The notes beneath the pieces were generated by a model that was given only the letters and a program-made list of their open reading frames with translations, ran no database searches and was not told the DNA's origin. Below are positions 25,001 through 38,365 of a stretch of 64,000 nucleotides of DNA, piece after piece. The stretch lies in assembly GCA_002104905.1 (NCBI GenBank), contig MCFE01000162.1, forward strand, positions 1 through 64,000, in the 5' to 3' direction. Source of the stretch: Basidiobolus meristosporus CBS 931.73. Lineage: Eukaryota; Fungi; Basidiobolomycota. A program made the translations under genes and the position numbers. Each line of letters starts with the position of its first letter. Position 1 is the first letter of the stretch.

Positions 25001-26747
25001 TTTCCCATATATGCAGGCTTCACAGTGCTCCAAATTAGCTGGGGGATCAATTTTTACTCCCGAAATTAGCTGATATTTGATCATTTTGCGCAAATAATCA
25101 AAATTGATGTGCCCAAATCTCCTGTGCCAAAGCATTGGTGTTTCTTCATTTAAGTTACTTAAATTGGCTTCCAAATATGATGGAATATAAGTCAACTTGT
25201 TTAGATTCTGATCGTTGATACCCAAAGCAATATTGGCACCATATTGATCAGTGATCTTGTATCTAGAGTTGTCAAAGCTAAAACTGAGTCCTTCTGCAGT
25301 GGCCTTGCTTACTGATAGTAGGTTCTTGGCTATTTCTGGTACATAGAGTACTTCTTTGAAAGTCAGTGTATGGCTTCCTTCACTGCTTCTTAGGTTTACT
25401 TGGATAGTTCCTTCTCCCACTGCATCAAGTGTTCTATTGTCACCCATGAAAACCTTCTTAATTGGAATTTCTTGATATTGGGTAAAAAGTTCTTTTTGGT
25501 GTGTAAAGTGTTATGATGCTCCAGAGTCAATATACCACGTCTGAAAATCCTTGTTTGTGGTCAAATTTAGTGCAGATATGAATAGTCTATCTTCAGTTGT
25601 TGCAGCATTTCCATATTCAGGCTTCTTTTGCTGATTATCTTTCATTTTGAGACACCGGCCTGATATGTGTCCTTTCCTTTTGCAGTAGTTAAGAAACAGG
25701 TTGCTGTTGCCTTTGTAGGGTCTTGGGTACCTCCTTTGTTGGTTATCATTGCTTATTAAAGCATTTTCTTCTTCCTTCTTATTGGCACTGGATTTTCTAA
25801 CTTCTTCATCCAGGAGCCTTCCATATACATAATTTAAGGTGAAGTCTTTGGTTCTGGACTCTAGGGCTGATACAAGACCCTAAAACTTGTCTGTCAGGCT
25901 AATCAGGATGGTAACTATCACATGCTCATCAGTAATTGGTATACCCACATATTCCATCTCATCTACCAGCAGGGTAATTCTGTTAATTAGATTTTTCATT
26001 TCTTCTCCTGGCAGCATCTTTGTAGTAAAGAATTTTTGTCTCAGATACATTTTCTTAGAAGCTGAACATGACTGGTGGGTGTCTTCCAATGCCTTCCAGG
26101 CATTCTTTGCCGTTTTTGCTCTTGAGCACTGAATTAGCAATTTGTCTTTAACATTAATGCAAATGCAGTTAAAGGCACTTTGTTCTTTCTTCTGGTACTT
26201 CAAGGCTTCCTCTCCCACATTTTTAGGAGGGCATTCTTCTCCCATGACAATATCCCAAAGGCCACTTTCTTTTAGCAGCATCTTCATCTTCACCTTCTAC
26301 ACTTGGTAGTTTGATCCATCCTACTTTTCAGCAGAGAGAAAAATTCCAGTAAAAGCAGTAGTAGCTATGGCAGAGAGTGACAGCTCAGGGCTCATAACCT
26401 GTTGTAAGAGTCTTGGAGATATTGGAAGTGCTTGGGAGAACAAGTAGATTATGTGGCTTTCACTTAAAGATTTATTGAATGTAAAAGTAGTGTTTATACT
26501 TTTACATGGTCTTGGCATAACAAACATGTAGAATAGGTTACAAAAGGTTCCAAGAACATGTATGCAAAGTTTGGGGCTGTTTGGACAATTTTGAGAATTT
26601 TTATGTTCTGGATACCTGGTATTTTGGTGAAAATATTCTAAGCAAATCCAACAAGGAAGTTAGTCAGTATTCTCTAGGATATGAAGGTAATGATCTAAGT
26701 GACTAAATTAGGTGAAAATTTAGGTGGAAATACAAATTTTTACAACA
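22081..26747 (-). mobile_element. Ty1/Copia LTR retrotransposon, family A, degenerate
   Basis: LTRs 22081-22412 and 26400-26747 (TGTTGTAA..TTACAACA, roughly 90% identical). PBS GGTTATGAGCCCT, PPT GAGTGGGAG. gag, protease (DSGAS), integrase (FIDDYTRY..ERANR), RT (HQMDVKTAFLNG, YVDD) and RNase H (ADIFSKPL) in Copia order with several in-frame stops. No TSD. Confidence 0.95.
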
Positions 26748-26749
26748 GA

Positions 26750-29044
26750 AGTGAGTCAAACCAAAGGGAGATAGTGTTACGTACATATGTGTGTAGTGCA
26801 ACAGCATTATTTATAATGTTACTATAGCAGGTTAGCATTGAATCATATATCAATCTAAGGGTTCTGTCTGAAATATGAGTTAGCATTATTAATATATATA
26901 TCAGGACCTTGGCAACCATTGGGTTTCCATGATTCTAGTTGGATTGCACAGAAGAAATCTGTGTTGTTTGAATTACAACAAATGATGGCACTATGCCACA
27001 ATTGCAGCATTCCCTCCTATTTTTTTTCTCACATGGATAACCAAAGCATGTGGTAGTGATTCACTTTGCATATCTGAGCTAACTATATGCTGACTATCTT
27101 CTTGGCTACTTGGTTACTTGTAGTTAATGATTTCCATCCTGGTTGATGAGTGCAGAGCAATGGCTTGGCCATGCTGAATTGTACTGGATGATGCTACTGA
27201 ACCAGCCTAGAGTGCCACATGCTGAAGCATTCTTTTACTTGCCAAAGGCTTCTGCAATTGATGTACTTCCAGTGGGTTCTCAGCAGTCAGTTGACTGGAT
27301 GTAACTTGCTGATGATCAGATGCAACAGCACATACTGGCACAATATGGCTTGTTAGCATTTTAGTAGGGTCACAATGACACCCACTGACAGATGTGCTCA
27401 TTTCCATATTTTCTACTTCCCTATTCCTCTACTACACTTATTTTAGTTTTGTACCATTTGTCTTACTTGATTAGTACTATCCCATAAGCTGGCTGACTAT
27501 CACACCTGCTTCCCTTATTGCATAAATTATCCCTCACTTTATGTAAGATTACTAGCTGTAAGTGCTACTATATTAAGCAAGTACCTGTGCCAGTACCTGT
27601 GACACATGGTCAACCCATCTCACCAATCCTATCATTTCTATACCATATATGGTATCCCTATAATACACAGGTTTCAGAGTACAGATTCCTGATTGGTTGG
27701 ATGTGCTGTGCATCTTAGAACCTTCTGGCACCTACTTAAAATTCTCTTAGCTCATTCTGATGTCATCAAGATTTCTATTGATCTCTAAAACCTTCTGGAA
27801 CACCATGATTAGTAGTCACTTAGCCAGTGAGAAAAGTATATAAGGGAGGCAATCCCTAAACAGTAAATCATCATCCCTTTTATCAATATACCAACTTGTT
27901 GATTAGTGTGATCACTGCTACCTGCTGCCACCTGAACTTCTAACCCCAGACCACAGGATACTCCCAGGAAACTGCACTGACAGCCAACTGACCTTAGAGG
28001 CACTACTTGTGAGAAATACTCAGAGTAGGTATCTTTTATTAAATTTGATTCTTTCCCAAGTTTGTTCTAGTACAGGCAAATATACTTTTCTGTCTTTGTA
28101 ACTATTAACCACAGCTGCATTCTTATCAAGTCCCTGCTGGTAGAGTTTACAGTTGTTTTGACTTTGGAAGCTTTAGTACATTGTCATCTCAAAGGAAGCT
28201 AAATCCAGCACATACATTTATTAAGATGCAAACTAAGTTGGGGATTGTAGCTCAATAGTTTTCCCTTGACAAGCTTGTGGCTTTATTCTGCATCACATTA
28301 GATTAGTGACAGAACCCAAGTATTCCCAGCAAGCTTTTGCCAGAGGTTATTGCACCCAGTGAACACTCTACACACAAAACACTTGAGAAGTGCTGGACGT
28401 ATCTCTCCCTTGGACTTATACTCCACCACCATGTGACCTTAGGCTATGCCCAATGTGCTGCTACAGGTATATTCAAATAGACCCATGCTGGTGGAATTGC
28501 ACTTAATTGCGCAGTTTGGCAAGTTCTGGTAGTTTTGCTCTGAGCCACATAAGTTAAGTCAGTGTGCATTGATATTGTATGCAGCACTCATATAAAGGAT
28601 GTTGGAATAGATTTGATTGACATGCACAGGTGCACTGGCATTGCACTGAATGGTAAAGACTCCAGTGATGCATGCAGGTGCAATCTTGATGCAGTTGCCT
28701 GCAGCATGTATTATTTCTTTTGAGGCTCACCTTCTGATTCTCTGTAATATTCCCTAGCCCTTTTCATAGTATTTTCAGACTTTTGCCTTGATGGGTCCTA
28801 AATATATTAATCTTGGATGCCTCTTAGCTCTACTAATTAATGACAGAGTACTCTAGTCAATTAAGACAAAAGCATATTTAATTTCTCCTTGGCTCCCAAA
28901 GTGATGGCACATGTAGATGCATTTGGTCCTTACTGCACAAATTCTGCCCAAAATTATTTGCAATCAGCCTCCATATCAAATCCACTCACTCTTTGCAAAT
29001 TCTTGACTCCAACACTTGTCTTGTTATAAATCTTTTTAGATAGA
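26750..29044. mobile_element. Harbinger-like DNA transposon copy H1 (accessory ORF remnant only)
   Basis: Aligns by eye with about 38130-39330 of the complete copy. Interrupted by solo LTR Y and cut by a CACTA-like end at 29045. Confidence 0.7.
27360..28431 (+). repeat. Solo LTR, family Y
   Basis: About 1.07 kb, homologous end to end with 31031-32100. Host Harbinger ORF sequence resumes on both sides. Confidence 0.75.
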
Positions 29045-30840
29045 CCCTGGGAAAAATGGTTAGGTCCCACATGTGGATCCAATCTGGATCAGCCATCAGG
29101 ATCCCATCAGGATACCATTATAATACCAGCAGCTTGCATTTAATGACCCTCTGAGCAATCTTGTGACAGGATGACAACAACCTTTAGCTGATTTTACAGC
29201 TAAATAAAGATAAAAAACATGACAGTGTTTTGGTGATGTTGTGCCAAGGGTTGCATGGCATTGATGCATTTTTAATGCGCTCTACAACTATTTGTGTGGA
29301 TCTAGCCAGCCAGTAAGTTCAGTTGCCTTTTAGGGCAAAAAACCTGACGGTGCTTTGACAGCCTCATTGCAAGCCTCTGGTGGCATTATGACAGCAGTAT
29401 GGTAACTTACAGCTAGTCCTATATAAAGCTACCATACCAATTTACCAAATGGTATTTTCATTCTCTACCTCCCCTTGTGCAATTCATATACTCCACTGTA
29501 GAATCACCCCTCTTTGTTTGCTTACCCACTACTGCCTTGGGCATTCAACTTATAGCTTGAATAAATAAAAACTATGGCCTCTTGCTTACTAACCTCCACA
29601 AACATATACACCTGCTGCAATAGATATTCTTCTATCACCTCAACTTTATGGCTTTTTAGTGTGACAACTGCAAAGTTGCTATATATCTTGTACTACTGGT
29701 AACATATGCATCCTGTAAACATATGCTTAGTTGCCACCACTTCTGCAATGAATACCTGCTGAACATCCACAAAGAACCTTTTGTTATTTAGCCAATATAT
29801 TCCCTTCTCCTGCTGGATTCTAGTCCCCCTTATAGGTGCACACTGGCTCTTGTTGGAGTGAGTTCTATATTGAATGGTATAGAGATTGGCTTATGACCAG
29901 GAGAAGCCCAGCATACCTTGGCAGAGCTTTCCCAATAAGATTAGTTGCTCATTGCACCCTACCCAACTTTGCATTACTAAACTGATTACCAATGCATTAG
30001 GGCTGCTTAGCTTCTTCATGCCATTGGCATAGCTGTCTCCATGTCCACACCTGTCCTCACTATTTTCCAGCCCTTCTTGGCTGTCCTCCATGTGCCAACT
30101 CATCACATCCACGACAGACTTGAAGGTAATATTCTTGATGAGATTGGGATATGGTAGTATATACAACTTGCCTTGTCTTCCTATCTCCCTGCACATTTGC
30201 TCCATCAGAAACTCCCAACAGGTGAAGCAAGGCCCAATATCATCTGCACACCAGGCAAGATGGAGTAGAAATGAATACAGTAGCAGCAGAGATCTACACA
30301 CTCAGCTCTATGTTTGTAGTACAGCCACTCATATCCTGTCACAAACTCCTCACCTAAAAGCCATGGATGCATCAAGTTGGCATTGGTGATCCTCTTATGG
30401 ATATATACTCCTGCAATGTGCACATACAACTCCCAATGCTTCCAATGTACTCTTGGTAGAAATGGCTTCAGGAGGCCACTCCAATAAATACATATCCAAT
30501 TCATCCAGTCCTTACACTTGTATTGTTGCATATTTGCATGAATGCTGATTTAAACCTGTGAGAAGTACTTAGGGTTGCAGACACTCTGTGATATCTTGCC
30601 AATTCTTTCCAATATCTCTGGTATCTTTAAGGGCTTGTTTAGCTTGAGACACCCCATGTACAACTTGGTCATCAGTATAGGGATATTGTTGAAAAGCAAA
30701 TGCATTGCTCCCAGTGGAAAGCTTTTGCCCAAACAGATACCCTTTATCTTAAGTATCTCTGGTTTCCAATTAATCCATATTCTGACCTATAACTTATAGC
30801 TTGCTAACTTTACTGCAATTACATGCTGACTTCTATATGT
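29045..30840 (-). mobile_element. CACTA/EnSpm-like (CMC) transposon remnant with transposase fragments
   Basis: Fragments MHLLFNNI, LLKPFLP..HWKHW, EEFVTGYEWLYY, LLHL..IGP..WEFLME and PYPNL match Tnp2-type transposase blocks. 29045-29930 is the reverse complement homolog of 62040-62921. Terminus CCCTGGGAAAAA at 29045. Confidence 0.75.
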
Positions 30841-30900
30841 TCTGTGGTAATGGAAGGTATTCCATCACTACAATATCTCAAAACCAATATTGCACTCATT

Positions 30901-33053
30901 AGACTTGCTCTGTTGAAAAGTGCCATATAGTGCCAGCCGGTTTATGGTGCCAGATTGATCTGGCACTCTATGGCTCTATAATTTCTACCATCACGCCAGT
31001 GGTAAGATGTAGTTACTGGTAATTCTACGCTGTAGTGGGGTGACAGTGACACCCACTGACAGATGTGCTCATTCCCTCATTTTCTACTTCCCTATATCTC
31101 TACTACATTTATTTTAGTTTTATCCCATTTGTTTTACCCAATCAGTACTATCCCATAAGCCGGTTGACTATCACACCTGCTTACCTTATTGCATAAGTTA
31201 CCCCTCACTTTATGTAGATTACTAGCTATAAGTGCTTCTATATTAGGCAAGGACCCGCACCAGTACCTGTGACACATGATCAACATGTGTCACCATCACC
31301 ACCATTTCCATACCATATATGGTATCCCTATGTTACACAGGTTTCAGAATACTGATTCCTGATTGGTTGCATGTGCTGTGCCTCTCAGAACCTTCTGTCA
31401 CCTACTTAGAGCATTCTTAGGTCATTCTGATGTCATTAAGACTTCTATTGATATCCAGAACCTTCTGGAACACCATGATTAGTAATCACTTAGCCAGTAA
31501 GAAAAGTATATAAGGGAGGCTATCCCTCAACAATAAATCATCATCCCTTTTATCAATATACCAACTTGTTGATTAGTGTGATCACTGCTACCTGCTGCTA
31601 CCTGAACTTCTAACCCCAGACCACAGGATACTCCCATAAAACTGTGCTGACAGCCAACTGACCGTGGAGGCACTACTTGTGAGGAATACTCAGAGTAGGT
31701 ATCTTTTATTATATTTGATTCTTTCCCAAGTTTGTTCTTGTACAGGCAAAGATACTTTTCTGTCTTTGTAACTATTGACCACAGCTGCATTCTTATCAAG
31801 TCCCTGCTGGTGGAGTTTACAGTTGTTTTGACTTTGAAAGCTTTAGTACATTGTCATCTCAAAGGATGCTGAACCCAGCACATACTTTTGTTAAGACACC
31901 AACTAAGTTGGGGATTGTAGCTCAATAGTTTTCCCTTGACAAGCTTGTGGCTTTATTTGCCTTCACATTAGATTAGAGACAGAACCCAAGTATTCCTAGC
32001 AAGCTTTTGCCAGAGGTTATTGCACCCAGTGAACACCCCACACACAAAACACTTGAGAAGTGTTGGATGTATCTCTCCCTTGGACTTATACACCACCACA
32101 ATGCAATCCCACTTATGTTGCTCAGAATAGTGCTTTCCTTGCTTTATTTACTCCTCACAATGCTCCAGAAATATTTCTCTCAGTGGATGTCTTCTTGTAT
32201 ATGTATATATTGTGCATTAATTAGTATCTTATCTATTTAACCTATTCTGCTGTTTTCTCCTACATGTGACTTTCCTCTGTATTTACCTGCCAATATGCTT
32301 AATCTCTTCAGATATCCAACTGCTTGCTCTACCCTCACTCTGAAATGATTAAATATCTCAATATAGAGCTTCTGCTTTGTGCTAAGCACACCATTCCTTG
32401 GCTTCCTATAAGCTGTAATACTTCCTGATCTCTGACAGTCCTCTCCTACATAGGCCAAGTTTGCCAAACATTTCTACCCTCTACTGAATTCTGGATGATT
32501 CTCTACCCAGAGTGCTTTGTCATGCCTACTTCCAGCAAATGGCCCACTAAGTCAGATAATGTTACCCTCAATGTCCAACAGTGCTTGAAACTTCACACTG
32601 CATGCCTTGCACTTGCCAGAATAAAAGTGCCTCTGCCCTCTAGAAGGTCTACTCATCCTGATTGGGAAGGTATCCAAGATACTCCTTATATGGTACCTGT
32701 TGCTGAGCACTATGGGATATGGAAGTCTATTAGGCCTTCTTAACCTAGTAATCTAAGCTTGCTCTAAGTCATTCATACCCTCTGCAAGGTGCTATCCATT
32801 GCTGTCAGCTGGGAATGAAAGCTTTTAGGACTTTTATTGCCATGGATGGTGGGATGAAACCTAGTAAAGCAATAGTTCTTGTAATAGCAGAGAAGCTTAA
32901 CAAGGGATCTCTTTGAGTAGATTGGGGTAGATGGTCCACAGTGCTTGGTATAGATCTCCTTTGGTATGTCAAAAAGAAATTCGGTGGTAGTGATGGGATT
33001 GATGAGAAAAGACCATCCAGATGAGTAAGTCATATTAAGATTGGTAGGGGATT
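30901..33053 (-). mobile_element. Harbinger-like copy H2 (TIR plus broken transposase)
   Basis: TIR AGACTTGCTC at 30901. Transposase fragments at 32237-33033 closely match the protein of 39973-40859. Confidence 0.85.
31031..32100 (+). repeat. Solo LTR, family Y, with 4-bp TSD
   Basis: Termini TGTAGTGGGG..CACCACCACA. Flanks ACGC/ATGC. Removing it restores the Harbinger subterminal sequence seen near 40870-40915. Confidence 0.85.
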
Positions 33054-36000
33054 TGTGGTAATGGAAAGTATTCCATTACTACAATATCTCTAAACCAATA
33101 TTGCACTCATTTCTTTATTTTGCTTTTTGCTATTGTAACACACAAGTGAAAGATCAAGAATTTCCAACTTTGATGAACAAATGCTCCAGACCCTGACAAG
33201 CAATCCACCCAAGAATATTATGTCATACAGAACACGTAGTCGCCAACACATGTTTCAAATTACAGCTCATTTGAAGCAGTACTTAAGGAGTTATGACCAA
33301 AAGAGTCCAACTATTATATATACTATGCCTTATTGCTAGGATTACTATGGTGACTTTGATCGCGTGTACCTTTTGAACCAGCCAATCAAATCACGTGAAA
33401 TTTTCACAGGTGCTGCGCCTATGTCCAATCTGCGCCACTGCAGAGTTTTAACCTTGTATCACATTTAGTGCTTGGGCAATTACCCAAAAACTCTGATCCT
33501 TCACAATTCTCACATATATTGCTTCCCCAGTTGAGAAATAAAAGGGAGCCTCTTTTTCCAGAATCTCCATGCTATAATTACAAGTCTAATGTTCATATAA
33601 TCTCCCTGCAGCACCAGCACTATGTAATAGTGACTTAGATTAGTACATCACTAGTAAAGAGTCTGCAAAGCTCACAAGACTCCAATCTAAATTCTGCAAG
33701 AAAACTGCCACGTTGATGTTGGAAAAGTCCCCTCTAAGAAACCTCTTCAATTGAAAGGAGCCCCCTTAGTCTAAAGACCCCTTTAGGAAACCCCTCTACA
33801 CTAAAGGAGCCCCTTTAGGCACCCCTTTAGTCAAAAAACCCCTTTAAAATCCCCTTGAAGTAACCTCTTTACTCTAAAGCAGCCACTTTAGGCACCCAGG
33901 TAATGCAAGGTCTACCTTAGAGACCACTGTGAGAAGCCCATTTTAATCTAAAGATACCCCTTTATATACCCCTTTAGAGACTGCATTACACCCTTTAGGT
34001 TAAAGGCAGGCTCAAAGTTTCCATATTAAGACATATCCCCTCAGAAAGGAAAGTGATTTCCAGAAAAGGAAAAGCTACTATAAAAGCAAATACGCCCAAT
34101 ACTTTAAAGAAGGTTAGAGCACTGCTGTAGAAGTGAGTAACACTGCCTACAGTAAATTTTCAGCATAGGATTGAGCATATTGGTAAAAGTTGTATCATCT
34201 ATGAATATATTAAACTCCCAATAAACTACTTCCGCATTTGCATTTCTGGAGGTTGTTGTATATGATGATTAGGCTCTACATTGTAGAACAGGCCCCCAAC
34301 TAATCATAATACAATACAACAGTTCCCTCTGTGGGAAGATGATGCTCTTAGTGTTGGTGTTTGGGTAGTAACAATGTGTGTGAGTTACAGAGTAACTCCC
34401 CTGGATCTCACATATTGGGCAGTAATACTTTCAATTATGCCCAGAAAAGCCAGCTATCTTGCTGATGGCTGGGGTTTATCCTATGTAAATAATAATATGC
34501 ACTTTGACAGGATGCCTATTTATTGTTATCCCACTGGAAAGCATACAATACTCCAGCAATGGATACAGTCAGTTATACAGGTTGGATGGTGATTTAGGCC
34601 CAGATACCAGTGAGACTGCCATAAGATTTCTGCTCTGATACTACAAGATAGGCAGCAGACTCAGGTTGATGCAAATCAGTGGCCAGCAAGATTTGCTGGT
34701 AAGGTACTTATTTAATGAGAATCTGTTAAGTACCAAGGCAAAGACATTGCCATACTTACCTTCAAAGTAGCCCTTCTTTCTTAGCTTTTTGTAATGTTTG
34801 CCATCAAATACATTGGATATGTTTGTGCTTGACTACTATTCAGTGCAGTACCTTATAGCTTCACAATATTTGTTAGACTGCATAAGCATCCCCCTGAGAA
34901 AAAAAATTGAGAAAAGGCCAGCAAACTACCATCATAGTATCAGCTGAATTCTAAGTTTCTCAAAATTGACAACTCTCAATATCTCTGTTCTGAGCTGATG
35001 TGTAGGCAAGGAAACAAGTTCTCCAGGATGAGACTAGGCAAATTACTGATAGTAATGGAAACATGCCACTTCTCTAGCAACAACCTCACATCATTCACCA
35101 TTACATATATTCCTAGGCTCACTTAACTCCATAAAGTATCATTGACATTTTTTTCCATGGGTGTTGTCTCATTAAGTATTGGGATTTTGCAGGCTCATGC
35201 AGGGTACTGTTGTTAGGGGATATAGGCACACAAACCACCAGTGAGCCCTCTTCTTCAGAGCTATCCCTCTGCATGCCTTATTCAGAAGACTGGGGTGAGC
35301 CTAAAGGCATCACAAACTCTCCTGACTCAGTCTGAGCAATGTGACAAATATGGGCAGGTACAGTTATAGAAGTATCAACTGACCAGCCAGGTATTATTGG
35401 TACAGTAGTGACTGCTGAATGGTCATATATGACCTGTGTGGCAAAACACTGGTGGCAATCCTTGTGATGCTTCCTATGTTGTCTGCTTGCTTAATGACTG
35501 AGAGGCCTGCTGCAATAGCCACATAGTTGCTTTTCCCTTCTTTTACAGCATTGAGACAGCATAGTTTTGTCCATGGGGCAAATAGTTTGACACTCAACCA
35601 TAACAGTAATATATCATTGTTTTGGCAATGCTCATGAGAATTTGATACAGTCTTGTATTTGAGACATTGCACCTTCATGAATGTATAAATCAATTATGAC
35701 CTGTCATAGTGAGCATTACAAATAAAGTTGTGGCACCACTTACACATGAATATGTTACACCATTTCCCCTTTGGTTTGCCTCACTTCCATATATATGCTG
35801 CCAAAAAATAAAGCATAGTTGTCTGGTTCCCTATCAAGCCCTATATCTGACAGCAGCAGACAATGGAGAATGTGGATCTTATAAAATACAAATACTAGCA
35901 ATGAAGCATGGAACCAAGCTTATACATACTACACCATACCACCCACAAGCAAATTCACCAGTTGAACGTGGACATTCTGCTTCTGCAAACACATTAGCAA

Positions 36001-38365
36001 AGCTTAGCTATGAAGAACCTAACAAGTGGGCAAATAACTTTCATGCAGCAATTTGGGCTTATAGAGTTACGGTTAAAAGAAGGACAGGTTATACACCATT
36101 TTTTTTAATATATGGGCATGAAGCTTTTGAGAAATGGCTTGCCCTCCCATGGAAACCAACAATGACAACATCAGGGCTATTGCTAGCAAGAGTACAACAG
36201 ATTCAACAAGCACACACTCTGCAAAAGAATGCATAGAAAACCTGAAGATATCCAGAATGGCTGGCAAGGAGAACTTTGACGCTCAAAAATACCTAAGAAA
36301 AACATTGCTAGAAGTAGGTGAATTGATACTACTTCACAATACCACGAGCCAAAGCAACAAGGCATTCAAACTGGATATGTGTTGGCAGGGTCCCTACAAG
36401 ATCATACATGCAAACAAAAATGGATCTTACAAATTAGCAGAACTTGAGGGTACACCACTTGCACTGGTACAACCTAGTAACAGACTGAAGAAGTTACATA
36501 TCAGAATTAATAATGAGGGCATTACATCTCAAAGCTAGGGGAGACTTGTGGTATTGGATAGTACTCCATTACTACAATTTCTCAGAACCAATATTGTACT
36601 CATTTCTTTATTTTGCTTTTGCTATTGTAACACACAGGTGAAAGATCAAGAATTTACAACTTTGAAGGACAAATGCTCCAGACCCTGACAAGCAATCCAT
36701 CCAAGAATATTATGTAATAAAGAACACATAGTAGCCAACTCATGTCTCAGATTGCATCTCATTTGAAGCAGTACTTAAGGAGTTATGACCAAAAGAGTTC
36801 AATTATTACATATACTAGGTCTCTATTGCTAGGATTACTATGGTAGCTTTGATTGTATGTAACTTTTGAACATGCCAATCAAATCACGTGATATTTTCAC
36901 AGGTGCTGTGCCTATGTCATATCTGTGCCACTGCAAGATTTTAGCTTTGTATCACGTGTATTGCTTGCGCAATTGCCCAAAAGCTTTGATCCTTCAGAGA
37001 TTTCATATATATGACTTCCCCAGCTGAAAAATAAAAGGGAGCCTCTCTTTCCGGAATCTCCACACTATGATTACAAGCTTAAAGGTTATAAAACCTCCCC
37101 TGTATCACTTGCACTGCTGAGTATTCTGACTTTGATTGGTACTACATCAGTACAGAGACGGCAAAGCTCATAAGAATCCAATCTAAGTTCAACAAGAAAC
37201 TACCACTTTTCTGTTGGAGAAGTCCCCTCTAAAAAACCCCTTTACTCTAAAGACACCCCCTTAGACACCCCTTTAGTCTAAAGACCCCTTTAGAGACCCC
37301 TTTAAGAAACCCCTTTACTCTGAAGATGCCCCTTTAGGCACCCCTTTAGTGTAAAGTCCACTTTAGAGACCACTATAAGAAGCCCATTTACTCTAAAGAC
37401 ACCCCTTTGGACATCCCTTTAGGTTAAAGGGGAGCTCAGAATCTCCATATTAGGAAATATTTTTCTCATAAAGTAAAGTGACTTTCAAATATGGAAAAGT
37501 TACTACAAAAGTAAATAAGCCCATTAGTTGATGAAAGGTCAGAACACAGCTGTAGAAGTGACAAACACTGCCTATAGTATATTTTGAGCCTAAGATTGAG
37601 GATATTAGTGAAAGTTATATTTTAGACTTGTTCCATTGTACCGTGCCAGGGCGTGCGGCGCAATCTGCGGTTGTAAAAAACAATTGGGCGCAATATTATA
37701 GCTATCAGAAGGAAGGATTGTTCTTGGACAATTTTGCACTATGCGGGACAATCTTGCACACTATGGCACAATCTGACACAATGAGGTTGGAACGGATGAT
37801 CGCGCCAACTCCTAATGTTTGCATCACGTGCGCAATTGGATACCACCATTATGGCAGGTAAAATCCGGTATTTGGATATGTTTCTTTAATGTAAATGGAA
37901 ATAAATGTGTATCACACTATAAACTACACTAATACTTACCATTTTGGCTACCCTCACTCCAATTGGACGGTATCTCAGTGGTTAATTGGTCCAAAAGTAT
38001 CCTGAAGCTGGCAGCCCCCAATTGGCTCATTGACTACTAAAAAAGCTACCTGATTTGCCATCAAATATCCCATTTTGCTCATTGAGCAAGTAAATCCCTG
38101 ATCCTAGTGATTGGACAAGGTGTCATAGCCAGCACGCAAGCAATTGTGTAGGTGCAAAACAGATCCAATAGCTGCACTGGTATTACAGATGACGTATATA
38201 TATGCAGGGTGTTTATTTATAGGGGTTCTGTATCAAATGTGAGACAACCTTGATATTACTTATATCAAAAATTTGATGATCACTGATTTGCAATGGCTTG
38301 ATTTGAATCGCAAAAAAAAAGGTTGTCGGGATCATTACAAATGTGAGTGATTCAAAGCAATTGCA

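Noticed and set aside
22081-26747. Classical RIP (CpA>TpA), suggested by CAG/CAA/TGG nonsense changes
   Set aside because: Most transition routes to a stop are CpA-type by necessity, and LTR-pair differences are spread over CpA, CpT and CpG contexts. CpG loss dominates. A formal context count is needed to exclude a weak bias.
33745-34010. Telomere or CRISPR interpretation of the CCCCTTTAG repeats
   Set aside because: The units are not CCCTAA/CCCTAAA, there are no constant repeats with unique spacers, and they lie inside an LTR of a eukaryotic genome.
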